This document shows positions 12,097-26,015 of a DNA stretch of 34,667 bases, piece by piece; positions within the stretch are counted from its first letter, which is position 1; the number at the start of each line of letters is the position of its first letter. Source of the DNA: Parasitella parasitica NRRL 2501 (lineage: Eukaryota; Fungi; Mucoromycota); contig MU619431.1 in assembly GCA_025201805.1 (NCBI GenBank), positions 1 to 34,667 of the forward strand. Direction: 5' to 3'. The notes beneath the pieces are model-generated. The model saw nothing but the letters and a program-made list of their open reading frames with translations, had not been told where the DNA came from and made no database searches. The translations under genes were made by a program, and so were the position numbers.

Positions 12097-13224
12097 ATGG
12101 AAAGGCTCAAGCGATTATTTTATAATTCAAATAATCAGAGACAACGTAGACATAAGTCAGATCAAGCGGTTGTGCCACAAACAAAAAAAAAGAGATTCTC
12201 CGTAGTTCTTCTGAAATCTGCCATCGACCCGAATCATGAGCAACAGAAAAAGAGGCCCACAACAAAGAGCATTTCAAAATCAACTTCATTTTTACAACTC
12301 CAGTCATTTGCCAACAATAATGGAGCTATTAAACGAAGCCGCTCCATGTTTGGTCAGCTTGCATCATTGAATAAGCCTGTCGTGGAGAATGAAGAGGGTG
12401 GTGCCACAAATACAATTAATAGTAGTGTGTTTAACGACAGCATATTTCAAGATTACTACAATAACGCACTAGAAAGTGATATTCTACATACAGCAGCAGT
12501 TTCTATATCCTCTGCATACAATACAGTCAATAATAACAAGATTTTGTTATCGTGTATCGGCGGTGGCAACCATCAGAATAGCCATTTGCAGCTTGGAATA
12601 CAATTTTATGAAAAAGGAGACATTGAAGATGCAACTCATCATTGGCGATTAGCGACGGAAGAGGGTGAGACTGTAGCTGTATTTTTTTATGGTTTAGCGT
12701 TAAGGCATGGATGGGTACGGATTATAAGCAAAGCATTTCCTAAAAGCCATATTATATTAATAACTTACATTTACTTAGGGGTGTAGAAAGAGTCCTGCAA
12801 TTGCATTGAGATATCTTCAAAAGACAACTAATGAATTCAATCCATCCCAACTACAATCGGCCCTTTCTCGGCTAATGAGTCCTGCTAAAACAGAGTCATT
12901 AGCCTGCTCTATATATGAACTAGGAGAGTTCTTTTGGCATGGTTGGGAGGTAAGCTTTTGAGGAGGGTATCGGGCTAAAATATTAATATATTTTTTCAGG
13001 TACCAAAAAGTGTCACCATGGCAACCTGGTATTTTCAGTTAGCTGCAAACATGGGAAACCCTAATGCCATGAATGATTTAGGATTTTGCTATAAATATGG
13101 GCACGGCGTAGCAAAAGATAACCATCAGGCGGCTAAACTATACCGTAAAGCTGCAAAACATGGTTTTATTGTTGAAAATAATGCATGGATTTGGAACTCA
13201 CAGTATGACCATGACGAAGAATGA
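12097..13224 (+). CDS. SEL1/TPR-repeat protein, Nif1/Dsf2-like
   Basis: Three exons (about 12097-12714, 12779-12949, 13000-13224). Motifs: HLQLGIQFYEKG, FFYGLALRHGWGC, IYELGEFFWHGW.V.K, YFQLAANMGNPNAMNDLGFCYKYGHGVAKD, NAWIW. Low-complexity N-terminus. Confidence 0.8.
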
Positions 13225-13346
13225 ATAAGCCATGGATTAGCTTTCTTTTTTTTTTTCAGGAGAACATAAAGCAAATATAAATACGAATATCGAGCTATTA
13301 TCGTACCTTTATCTTTTTTTTTCTTCTTTTTTCCCCCTTTAAAAAA

Positions 13347-13772
13347 ATGTTGCAAAAAACTGTATTATTTTCTTTGACGACAATTGTATCTATTGCAGCT
13401 GCATCTTCGTTTTCACCAAGAGGACATACTTATCCAACCATTTCTGACCGTTTATCCCGAAAAGGCATTGATGGCGACCAAATAGGCTGTAAATGTATAA
13501 TGTCTTCCCCAACGAAACAGAACACAGACTCCACAAACTGCATGTGCATCAACCGTGCTGATGGCTCAGTGAATGAGAGTGATATCTGCTCACCATACAT
13601 AGGTAAAAAACAAATATACTCAACATCTCTTGCATAAACCAACACAGACACTATTTACAGCTTTTGTAGTGATGTTACAAACAATGGTAGCTTGTACCAG
13701 AAATGCTTGGGGCACTATTGTCCTGCCACAGGCGCTACAAAAACCCCTCCTAAATATATTCCCTGGTTCTGA
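13347..13772 (+). CDS. Small secreted cysteine-rich protein A (8 Cys, ~126 aa)
   Basis: Signal peptide MLQKTVLFSLTTIVSIAAA. Exon 1 13347-13602, intron 13603-13647, exon 2 reads DTIYSFCSDVTNNGSLYQKCLGHYCPATGATKTPPKYIPWF*. The exon 2 frame is supported by alignment to paralog B. Confidence 0.8.
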
Positions 13773-14229
13773 GGACATCAATTGTAATTGTATTAGTAAT
13801 AAAAGTTTTCGCCAACATTATAAAAATTTTCTGTTCTTTAAAAGTGATTTGAATGAATTTTATGACTTAAATTAGAGCTACCATTAGAACTTGGCTTAGT
13901 GCTATATGACAGTGTCCCTATTATCAACTTCCAACTAAACGTAGTACCTAAGCCTCTCGCTAATATTATATGCCACTTGACATCTGGTATGTAAGACTAA
14001 TTCAATTGCCTGTTGTGTTTCATTGCCGGACCTTATTTATCGCAGGGACCTGTAACAAATATTCAGGCATGTAAATTATACGACAGCATGACCCAGAAAA
14101 CAATGAATGATTCTAATTTGCACTTTTTCAGGAGAATTCAGCAATCAATCAATATATTTAATTGTATAAATACGACCATTGAAACAAATATAGTTTCTAT
14201 ATACTTTTTCTTTTTCTTCTTGCCTTGAA

Positions 14230-14658
14230 ATGTTGCCAAAAACTTTCTTTTTATTGACAGCAATTGTATCTATAGCAACTGCACTTTCTTCAACGAGTAT
14301 TCCGGAAAGCCTAGAAAAAAAGGGCATCGATTACCACAAAATAGGCTGCAAATGCCTGATGCCTTTCCTAGACGAACAAAATCGGGATTCCAGCAAGTGC
14401 AAGTGTGTTGAACGAAAAAATGGAAAAAGCATTGATTACTATAAATGTGAAGTATACGTAGGTATGTATCACAAATTTGTTTTATAATCATGAATGCAAT
14501 GTATACTCAAAACATTGTATATCCATCTATGTATAGGCATCGTGTTCGACTTTTGCAAAGATGCTACGGATAAAGCGGATCTGTATGGGCGATGTGTAGC
14601 ACATTACTGCAACACAGAGAGCTCAACAAAGCCTCCTGCAAACATCTTCACGTTCTAA
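14230..14658 (+). CDS. Small secreted cysteine-rich protein B (8 Cys, ~117 aa), tandem paralog of A
   Basis: Signal peptide MLPKTFFLLTAIVSIATA. Intron 14462-14536 (GTATGT...TAG) is at the same position and phase as in A. Exon 2 reads GIVFDFCKDATDKADLYGRCVAHYCNTESSTKPPANIFTF*. Confidence 0.85.
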
Positions 14659-14785
14659 AGATATTATAAACCTCACATGCAATGAAATATGTACCTAGAT
14701 ACTACAGTCCTTTGCAACCAAAATTATGTCCATGTTTTCCATGATTATTAGAACAAAGTATTTTATTTCCAAGTAAATAAAAAAT

Positions 14786-16217
14786 CTAAACCTTTGCTTG
14801 ATAAATTCTCAATTTCTTGTCTTCACCACCACTCAGAATCTTGTTACCGTCCCAAAAGACGCTGAAAATCTTGCTCTTTGACTTTTCCTCTTCAGCGTCA
14901 ACTGTGTATAGAGGTTCTCTACTACGAATATCCCAAACACGGACTGTAGAGTCATACGAACCCGTGCATAGTGCGTATTCAGACGTTGCCGACCAGGAAA
15001 CAGACGAAACCCATGCCGTGTGTCCACGAAGACTCATCTTTACATTTGTACCATCTACATACGACATGATTAAGTGTCAATTTATAAAATTGTAACAATT
15101 TCATCATCATGCAATACCTTCTGATCTAGGGTCCCATAGCCTTACAGTATTATCGGAATGACCAGTTGCAAGCAGTTTGGAGTATTTGGAATAGTCAACA
15201 TCAAGAACAACCTTTTCGCAGTTCTTTGTCGTCAAATTTACTTGCTGCTCTACATCCCACGAACGGATGGAATGGTCCCAGCCACCTGTATATACAATAT
15301 TTGCATCTGATCCATCAAAATCAACAGCGTTGACGCCTCCCACATGGCCCTCCAAAGATACGGCTTTTGTCTTGATCTTTCTATCTGATTTTTCACTGTT
15401 TTTCTTTCTCTTTTTGTTGCTTGAAGCTTCTTCAATAAACTCATCTTCGGTAGGTTCGTCAGTAGACCACACCTTGACTAAACCATCGGCTGAAGCACTA
15501 GCCACCTGTTTGCCGATATGATTCACAGCGACTGATTCAACAGGTCCCTTGTGTCCTTTGCATTCGTACATGATGCGATGTGAATCCTCTCCTTCAGTAT
15601 ACTCCCAACCTAATACAGTGTGGTCAAGGGAGCCAGAGAAAATTGAATTGTTATGTCCAAATGCAACGCTCTTGACAGCATCACTATGGCCAATAAGGGT
15701 ACTGATGCATTCTCCTGTGGTATTCCATAATCTAACCATATTGTCGTAAGAGCCTGTGGCAAACAACCCATTCAAACCCTTTACTGAACTGATCCAATCA
15801 TCATGCTGGTAGGCAGTGAGAGGAATAGGAGGTAGCATTGATTCAACATATTCGATGGTGACAAGATTTTCCTATTTGACAGGTTAGACAAATTAATAGT
15901 ATTACGACAATGGTATATACATTACAGTGGAGAGTTGAGCAGCGTTTAAATATTCAACAATGCTAGTTCTTAATAACTGGCCATCAATCAAGAAATCAAA
16001 GGGAATATGTTTATCTGGTAACTGTGAGCCTACATTGTTGCCTCGAAAGAAGGATAAAAAAAAAGGATTACTTACCATTGTTCAGTAAATTATTGACGAT
16101 TTCCGAGAGACCATCCTTTCTAATGTTGGAAGGTAATAAAATAGCAGCATCGTTGACTGCATACTCTGGTTTTTGCGTAGTAAATCGTACTTGAACTTGC
16201 TCTTGTTCCATAGACAT
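14786..16217 (-). CDS. YTM1: Ribosome biogenesis WD40 protein Ytm1/WDR12
   Basis: Four exons. N-terminal NLE/UBL domain (QVQVRFTT...LSEIVNNLL, IPFDFLIDGQLLRTS, ENLVTIEYVE), then HDDWISSV and WD40 repeats (GWDHSIRSWD, GHTAWVSSV, SGGED). Confidence 0.93.
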
Positions 16218-16389
16218 TGTTTGTATACGAAAGGAATGAAAGAAAGATTATGATAAAACCTTTTTAAAGCCTTCAAATCCAAGAAAACTTCTGTGGCTTA
16301 TAGAAAGTCTACTGAACATTGCTTCTATTGATTAATTGGCATTTGGGAGCTTGTCACCTCCCTTTCTTCTCTCTTTTTACACACACAAA

Positions 16390-17125
16390 ATGTTTAAACT
16401 AGGCTTTAATCCATCGATTATCGAAGATATTGAGCGATCTATACAAAAGGCACTGGAGAATAATCCTCTTGATGAACTGGATCAAGTCAAGAAAACACGA
16501 TTGGAATCTGAAATGAAGATGCAAAAGATTATCCAAGCAAAGGAAGACGAAATTAAAGGTATGAGCGAACGGTGGATAGGGCATGCAAGAGACTAACCAC
16601 GCAATAGAGCTCCAAAATGAATCAGATACCCTTCGGCTTAAAGAATCGAAAGTTAACCAAAGTTACAAGGCGTTAAATGAGGAGCATGTTTTAAGCGAGG
16701 CAGAGCTCCAAAAACTAACAGCGTTGCAGTCTATAGAATTAGAAGCAATCGAGGAATTGAACAAGGAAATACAGTTGCAGGAATCACAGCTTGTTGAATT
16801 AGAATCTTCAGAGACATCATTAGAAGCAGTGTCTCCAGATGAGTATGTTGCTGTGTCTGTTGTATGACAATTGTATCTTAAATGCATTCCCGTAGACTTC
16901 GATTAGGACTTTACCGTGGTTTAGGCATATCATCGCAGATTATCAACGACAAAATAGAAACTGTAGTACTTAGTAAGCAATCAAGCAAAGGTGTAGATTT
17001 ATATGCTGAACTAATGTGTTCTTTTCTCAAAAGCAACTGCTGATAAACAGGATATTCGCTCAATGGCATTAAGCTACGATGTCGATTATCTTTCAAATCA
17101 ATGCTGGGAATTTTTATCAAAGTGA
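16390..17125 (+). CDS. SPC24: Kinetochore Ndc80-complex subunit Spc24
   Basis: Four exons that splice in frame. Long coiled coil followed by the Spc24-type RWD-like C-terminus ELRLGLYRGLGI...KIETVVL..TADKQDIRS...DYLSNQCWEFL*. Confidence 0.7.
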
Positions 17126-17577
17126 GCACAGTTGAAAAGCACACGATATCGCATACATGATATATACGCATATATACTATATACCTTTCTTCACCTTTTA
17201 TATATCTAATCGTACATGTATACTATTATTAAACTGCTTGTTATCAGTTGCTAAAACAAATGAAATGTAACCGTTGTGAAATCACAAAATAGTGGCTTTT
17301 GATGCTCTAGAAATAAGCTTGCAGAGCAAAAACATTTGGTATTTGCCTTGAAAATGTACCTTGATTATAGATTGAAGGTTAGACGAGAAGATCGACATCA
17401 AAGAGTTCAGTCCGGTGCATAATGTGCTTTAAGGTAATTTTAAATGCGTGACGTTCGGATGGTTTATTGGTGCTTTCACAAGTAAAATATATAAGCAAAG
17501 TAAATGTAAAACCCACAAATGACGCTTTTTTTTCCTTGCTCTTTTTAATCTTTCCCCCTCTCTTAGATTTAGCCAAC

Positions 17578-20033
<2,456 letters not shown>

Positions 20034-20231
20034 TAAATATATGAGCACCATATTCGAATCACTCAAAGACGCTGTGTCATAACATTAATTTATTGGCTCT
20101 TCACGTTTGCTTACTAACCTGATACACACATTTCAGCGGAGAAAACAAGCTATAATTCATATCAATGTTATAAGGGTATAAATTATCTGGCTTTCTTTCC
20201 TTTTCACAATAGTCAAATACCTGCATTAATA

Positions 20232-22655
20232 ATGGCCGAGCAATTCAAGGTATACGAAAAGTTCAAAAACTACCCTTGGGAATCCGACAAGGTTTTCCAG
20301 CAAGGTCTCGAGAGTATTGTGAGCCAGCTTCCTGCAACTTTACCTGCAATAAAACAAGACAAGTTAGAGACAGATTTACTACAGGATGCTCGACTCTTGC
20401 AAGCCAAACATTTCTATTTTACCAGGTACATATATATGCTTATATATATATGTCTAATCAAGTACTTTTGACATTGGGAAACTCACAATTCATTAGGTTC
20501 CAGCAAAACTTTGATTTGAATGAGTATCTGGAATACGAGGCAGAGAAAATTGATAGAAAATTGAATGAGCAACAACAGGAAGAATTATTCAATCAAATCC
20601 AGGCTTATGACTATGATGGCGATGTTGACTATACCAACGGTTTACCTAACATTATTCATGGTTGGCTCGACCAGCAATCACAAACTGGGTTATGGAACAA
20701 GGAGAGATTGGAAATGGAGTTTTTGAAAGCAAAAGCATTTTACTACAATGCGTAAGTCTGGATTCATAAAATGCCGTATAAAAAACAAAGCAACAAACTG
20801 ATAATTAGTGCGCATATAGTCGTATTAAAAGCTTTGACATAGTCGCATTTTTCAATTGGAAATCCAAGAAGGATGAAGCAAATGCGCCTGTGTGTCCGTT
20901 TGCCAATCTATGGCAAAACCAATACAAAAGTAAATAATCTTGGATATATTGTATGGGTCTATATGCTGACATCTCGAATATAGCTGGGCCTGTAGACCAA
21001 GTAAATGGCTCTTCTTTTGTTGTATTTGATAAACCAAAGAGTAAAGGAGCTGGGACATTGACATTGTCATCACCCAAAAGCAAAAATGTCTACTCGGTTG
21101 GCCGACTAGCGGAATATGCTTCTGCCCTTCAAGATGGCCAAAGCGATGAGCAGGTAACATCTTTTTTCATTACGGCAACGGTAGCGGACAGAAGTAGTCC
21201 TTTCGACAAGGCTGAGCGTATCGAGACAAGAGATACAAAAGTGATTAGTTCTGGCTTGGCTTATGACAAAACCTCGAGCTTGGCGTCTGGCTCTAATGAT
21301 TTACGACAGGTTTCGCTACAAAAATTGGCCAGCAGCTATTACGACCTTGTGCGCTACATAATAGCACAGCGCAAAGATCCTAAACTGGCTGTAACCTTTT
21401 CAAATGGCCAAATACCTCTGAATGCCGTATATTTAACACTGGGTCTGGGCTTTATGCGTGTGATAACTGAACACACACTGCTTGATTTCACATTGACGCT
21501 ATCAGACGCACCTATACCTCCTCTGTTACTGCTTTCCATGGCTCGTGCGCGTACGTCCACCGTGGCAAAACCCTTACCTAAAGGCCTTGAACTGTACCTT
21601 GCTTTAACTGCTCCAGAGTATGCCAAACTAAGAGGCCCTGAAATTCTGCGTCTAGGCTTAGCAGATGTTTTTGTTCCAGAAGCTAAATTGAGCGATGCAT
21701 TTGAAACCGCTAAGAAAATGGCCGTTTGCCCTGCTCCCGATACGAACGCAGCCGTTCAGTTGGCTTTGGCCATCCATCATACTTATGCTGGTCCAAACCG
21801 TTTGCAAGTCTGGGAGGATCAAATTGAGCAAGTGTTTGGGGTAAGTGTCTGGCTTTGAAAGGCTAGTATATGGCTTATGTGCATATGTACTCAACGATTG
21901 TTTAATCATGTACATCTAAGGCTGCTGAATCATTCAGTAATCTCAAGGATCGTTTAGAGGCAGTAGATAGTATCTGGAGTAGAACCATCTTGAACCACTG
22001 GAATACTCTTCCTACTTCACTGCTCAATGTTGTATTCAAAGCGGTTGACATGTGTAAGGATAAACCACCATTTGATGTTTTAGCACTTGAACAAAAGCTC
22101 AATGCAAAATGGCGTCAAACTGAGGATTATAACGAATGGTCAAGGTCGAAAAATGAATGGATCTCTGACGAAAGTCAAATCGATGCCATTGTTGATTCTT
22201 ACTTCCAGGATCTCAAGCTTCCGGCTATTTCTGACGAGGCTGCTGCTGTTTATGAAGCGCCTCAAGAAACCGAACAAGAGTTGGCTCCGGCTATGTGTCC
22301 TGTAACGGGACAGATATCCTCGGCTACTACCGCATGTCCTGCATTTGCTGCTGCTGCTGCTGTGTGCCCCGTAACTGGGCAGACATCGTCTAGTACTGCT
22401 ACGTGTCCTGTTTCCACAACTGATACTAATACAAATGTCTCTGCTGCTGCTGCATGTCCAGTTACAGGTAAACGTGCTGATAACTCTGCAAATGATGAAA
22501 GTAAATGCCCTTTTAGCGACTCTCATACTGCTGAGAAACCTGAAAAGATGTTATCTGCTGGCGGATGCCCGTTTTCAAAAGACCAGCAAATAGAATTGAT
22601 GAGCAAAGTTTCTTGTCCTGATACTGGAACTAGGAGACACTCTCTCGTTAATTAA
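20232..22655 (+). CDS. Uncharacterised multidomain protein: two small helical repeats + degenerate HIBCH/crotonase (ECH_2-like) fold + Cys-Pro repeat tail
   Basis: Exons 20232-20425, 20497-20751, 20820-20929, 20984-21840 and 21921-22655. All introns are GT-AG and every junction preserves the frame. Domain reading is by motif comparison (see findings). Confidence 0.8.
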
Positions 22656-22874
22656 CACTAATATCAATAAAATTAATAGTTATGCTTACGCAAGTTTGTA
22701 TATCCAGATATGCGTATTGAACAAAACTGTTGCTAATCCCAGGTTATTTTCAACGGTTAATGAGCGTAGACACAAAATATATTTGATAGAATAATGTTAA
22801 TGTTAAACATGCTTTTGTATAATTTTAATGAAATAATGTATTTAAAATGCAAATGATGATTAGAGTCAGCTAAT

Positions 22875-24477
22875 TTAAGGAGCAATCAAGACACGGACAG
22901 TGTTGGTATTACCAAGACCACCCTTCCAGCCTTGGACAATGACAACAGGTTCGTTGGACTTAACAAGGCCAGCCTCTTTACCTTGTTGGATACCCCACTT
23001 GATGCGAGACTCGACATCTTCGTCCCACTTGGTGGCAACATCACCCTTGTAAACAAATGGGAAGACACCACGGTGGAGATGAGATTGACGAGCAGTTTGT
23101 TCATCACGAGTGACAAGAATAATAGGTTGAGATGGTCTGTATTTGGATGCAAGACGAGCAGAGTGGCCAGATTTAGAGAGGACAATGATGGCAGATGCGT
23201 TATTCTCTTGAGCACATGCTACACTGCTCATAGCAATGGTTTCTGTAGTATCAGTGGGCCATGAGGTCAAGCTACGGATTTGGTTGAAGAGGGGGTTATA
23301 GCAGATGACAGATTCAGCAAGTTCACAAGTGGAGGCCATGGTAGAAACAGCCTCAAGAGGATAATCACCCTTGGCGGTTTCACCAGAAAGCATGACGAGA
23401 TCAGCACCATCGAGAACAGCATTGGCAACATCAGAGACTTCAGCACGAGTAGGACGAGGGTTAAAGGTCATGGATTCGAGCATTTGAGTAGCGCAGGCAA
23501 CAGGCTTGCCGACCAAGTTACACTTGGCAATCATCATCTTTTGGGCAATGAAGACACGTTCGCAAGGAATTTCAATACCCATATCGCCACGAGCAATCAT
23601 AACACCGTCAGTCTCGGCAAGGATTTCGTCAAAGTTCTGGATACCCTGATGGTTCTCGATCTTACAGATGATTTTGACATTCTTTCCTTTGTCGCCGAGA
23701 ACGCGACGGATATCCTTGACGTCCTGGGCACGACGAATGAAAGAGGCAAAGATCATGTCGACACCATTCTCAACACCAAAGCGAAGATCGTTCTTGTCTT
23801 TTTCGGAAAGAGCGGGAAGATCGACGGCAGTCTTGGGAAGGTTAACGCCCTTCTTGGAGCAGATCTTTCCGTTGTTTTGAGCCTCAACACGGACGAAATC
23901 ATCACCCTTGGAGAGAACCTTGAAAGAGAGGACACCGTCATCAACATAAATGTTCTTGCCAACTTCAATAACCTTGGGCAAGTTCTTGTAATCAACATAC
24001 ATGTTGTCACCATCACAAGCATTAGCGTACTTGTCGTTGGTGGTGATGTTCATTTGATGGCCCTTCTTGATGGGGACTTCAGTGTCGTTGAGCATCAAAC
24101 CAGTACGGATCTCAGGACCCTTGGTATCCAAAGCAATGGCAATGACTTTATCAGGGCGTGCTAATAGGTAGAGGTTTGATGGTTAGTTGTCTGTGAAAAT
24201 CACGCTTCACTTGTACATTACCAGCAGCAGCAGCGCGAGCGTTATCGAGGACAGATTTGTGGTACTCATAATCACCATGAGAAAAGTTCATACGGACAAT
24301 ATTCATACCAGCATCAATCAATGCAGTGAGCTTCTCAACAGGCTTGGTCTTGGGACCAATGGTACAGATGATGGAAGTCTTGCGGGTGGCCTTGGGTTGG
24401 ACATCAACATCCATGCTGGAGATCCATTGCATGGGGAATTGAACTTGAGATTGAGCTTGCTTGTTATCGGTAAACAT
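22875..24477 (-). CDS. PYK1: Pyruvate kinase
   Basis: One intron, 24161-24221. Motifs: [86 protein letters not shown]. Strong codon bias typical of a highly expressed gene. Confidence 0.99.
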
Positions 24478-26015
24478 TTTGTTGATTTAGATGATAGTCA
24501 AGAGAAAAAAGACGAGCAAAAGGATTCTGCTGCAACGATAAAATATAGCCAAAAAATTCCGCGTGTAAGACATCTTATCTCTACCACAGGGGTTTTACAT
24601 CAAACTACTGTAATAATAACAAAAGTTTCAATTCAATCTCCAACTAATCATACGATGGTGAACAAACGAGTCGCTCATAATGAAGATTTTCTTAATCTGC
24701 AATATCAGTGCAATGCTATTGATTGTGTAACTGCAACAATTGGGAAAAAGCCAAATAAAAATGGGTAAAATTACAATGTCTTCAATTGTTGTTATTGTTG
24801 TTGGTAATCATCTTGCAACGAGCCAAATCCCGAAACCACTTGATTTATTATGATCCAACATATAAGGTTTTACTTTTATTTCAAATGTTGTGTCAAATGT
24901 TGTTATTGTGCGGACTCACGGAGTTCAGCAACAAGCTAAACCCACTTACTTATCCGATCAAAACGGTGCTCTTATCCGATCAAAAACATAAGAAAACGTG
25001 GTTCATGAAAATCTAACTTCTAAATAAAGTATTCTGAATTGAAAAGTACCTTGTCATGTATATATGAAGCTTTACTAATACAAAGCATTCCAATGAAAAT
25101 AAAACAAATGCCATTTAAAATGATAAAACCTAAAAGATTTAGTAAGATTACATAAAGCATCCAAACAGCAGATCTAGCGATTGATACGATATATCATATT
25201 TACATTGCGACACAATTGAATCATCGGCAGTTCAATGAGATGGCTCTGATAATATTGTTTTGCACTATTCTGCTTGGATTTCAGACGAAGTTGGTTCTTT
25301 GTATAGCTTATCTTTTTCGGATGAAATTAGACAACAGAATATTAAAGCTGTGAAATGAACAAAAGCTTATGTTTAGACTTACTTGTAATGCATTAGTAAC
25401 AATGAAATTTCTGCTGAAGACTTCTTCTATGACCAACCTAAACAGAAAGCGAGATTGCCGTTATATTTTTTAGCTGCATACCTCGTTGCCAAATTTCGCA
25501 TGAGGGGGGTATAAGGAAAAATCGACGATTTACACAATGCCATTTTCAAGTTTTTTACTATGTTATGTACTTATGAAAAATGTAGGCAAAAGTACCCTCT
25601 TTAATGTAATTATTCGGTTTGGTTTGTTTTCATTACAGGTTTTGGGTTTATCTTACAAAAACGAGTTTAGTTTTTTGCTGTTTATGAGAATTCCTTTCGG
25701 TTGTGTTATCGGAAAAAAAATATAGTATTATAAACCAACAAATAACAAATGTGAGACATTTGATAAGTTGAGTACAATTTATATGTGGGTCGGAAAACCT
25801 GAGGCAGGCAATTAATTGAACTTATTCAAGAAGAAACTTCAATAAGTCGACTTATTTGAAGGTTGGGAAACCTGTAATAAATTTATTAGTTTATATAGCA
25901 GATGATATATGATGCCTCATATATTTTTGCATTATATACTATATTTTTGCTATCTAACTATAACTTTATACATCACAAAGAAAACCTAATATATTGTGTA
26001 AAAGAATTTTATTAT

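Noticed and set aside
13630-13875. ORF-track frame AFVVMLQTMV... as exon 2 of cysteine-rich gene A
   Set aside because: The alternative frame aligns with paralog B, including three cysteines, using the acceptor at 13647.
16218-16389. 172 nt head-to-head spacer between YTM1 and SPC24
   Set aside because: Short bidirectional promoters are common in compact fungal genomes; no distinctive motif.
23280-24164. 294 aa ORF antisense to pyruvate kinase (and 24187-24768)
   Set aside because: Shadow ORFs produced by the strong codon bias of a highly expressed gene; no recognisable motifs.
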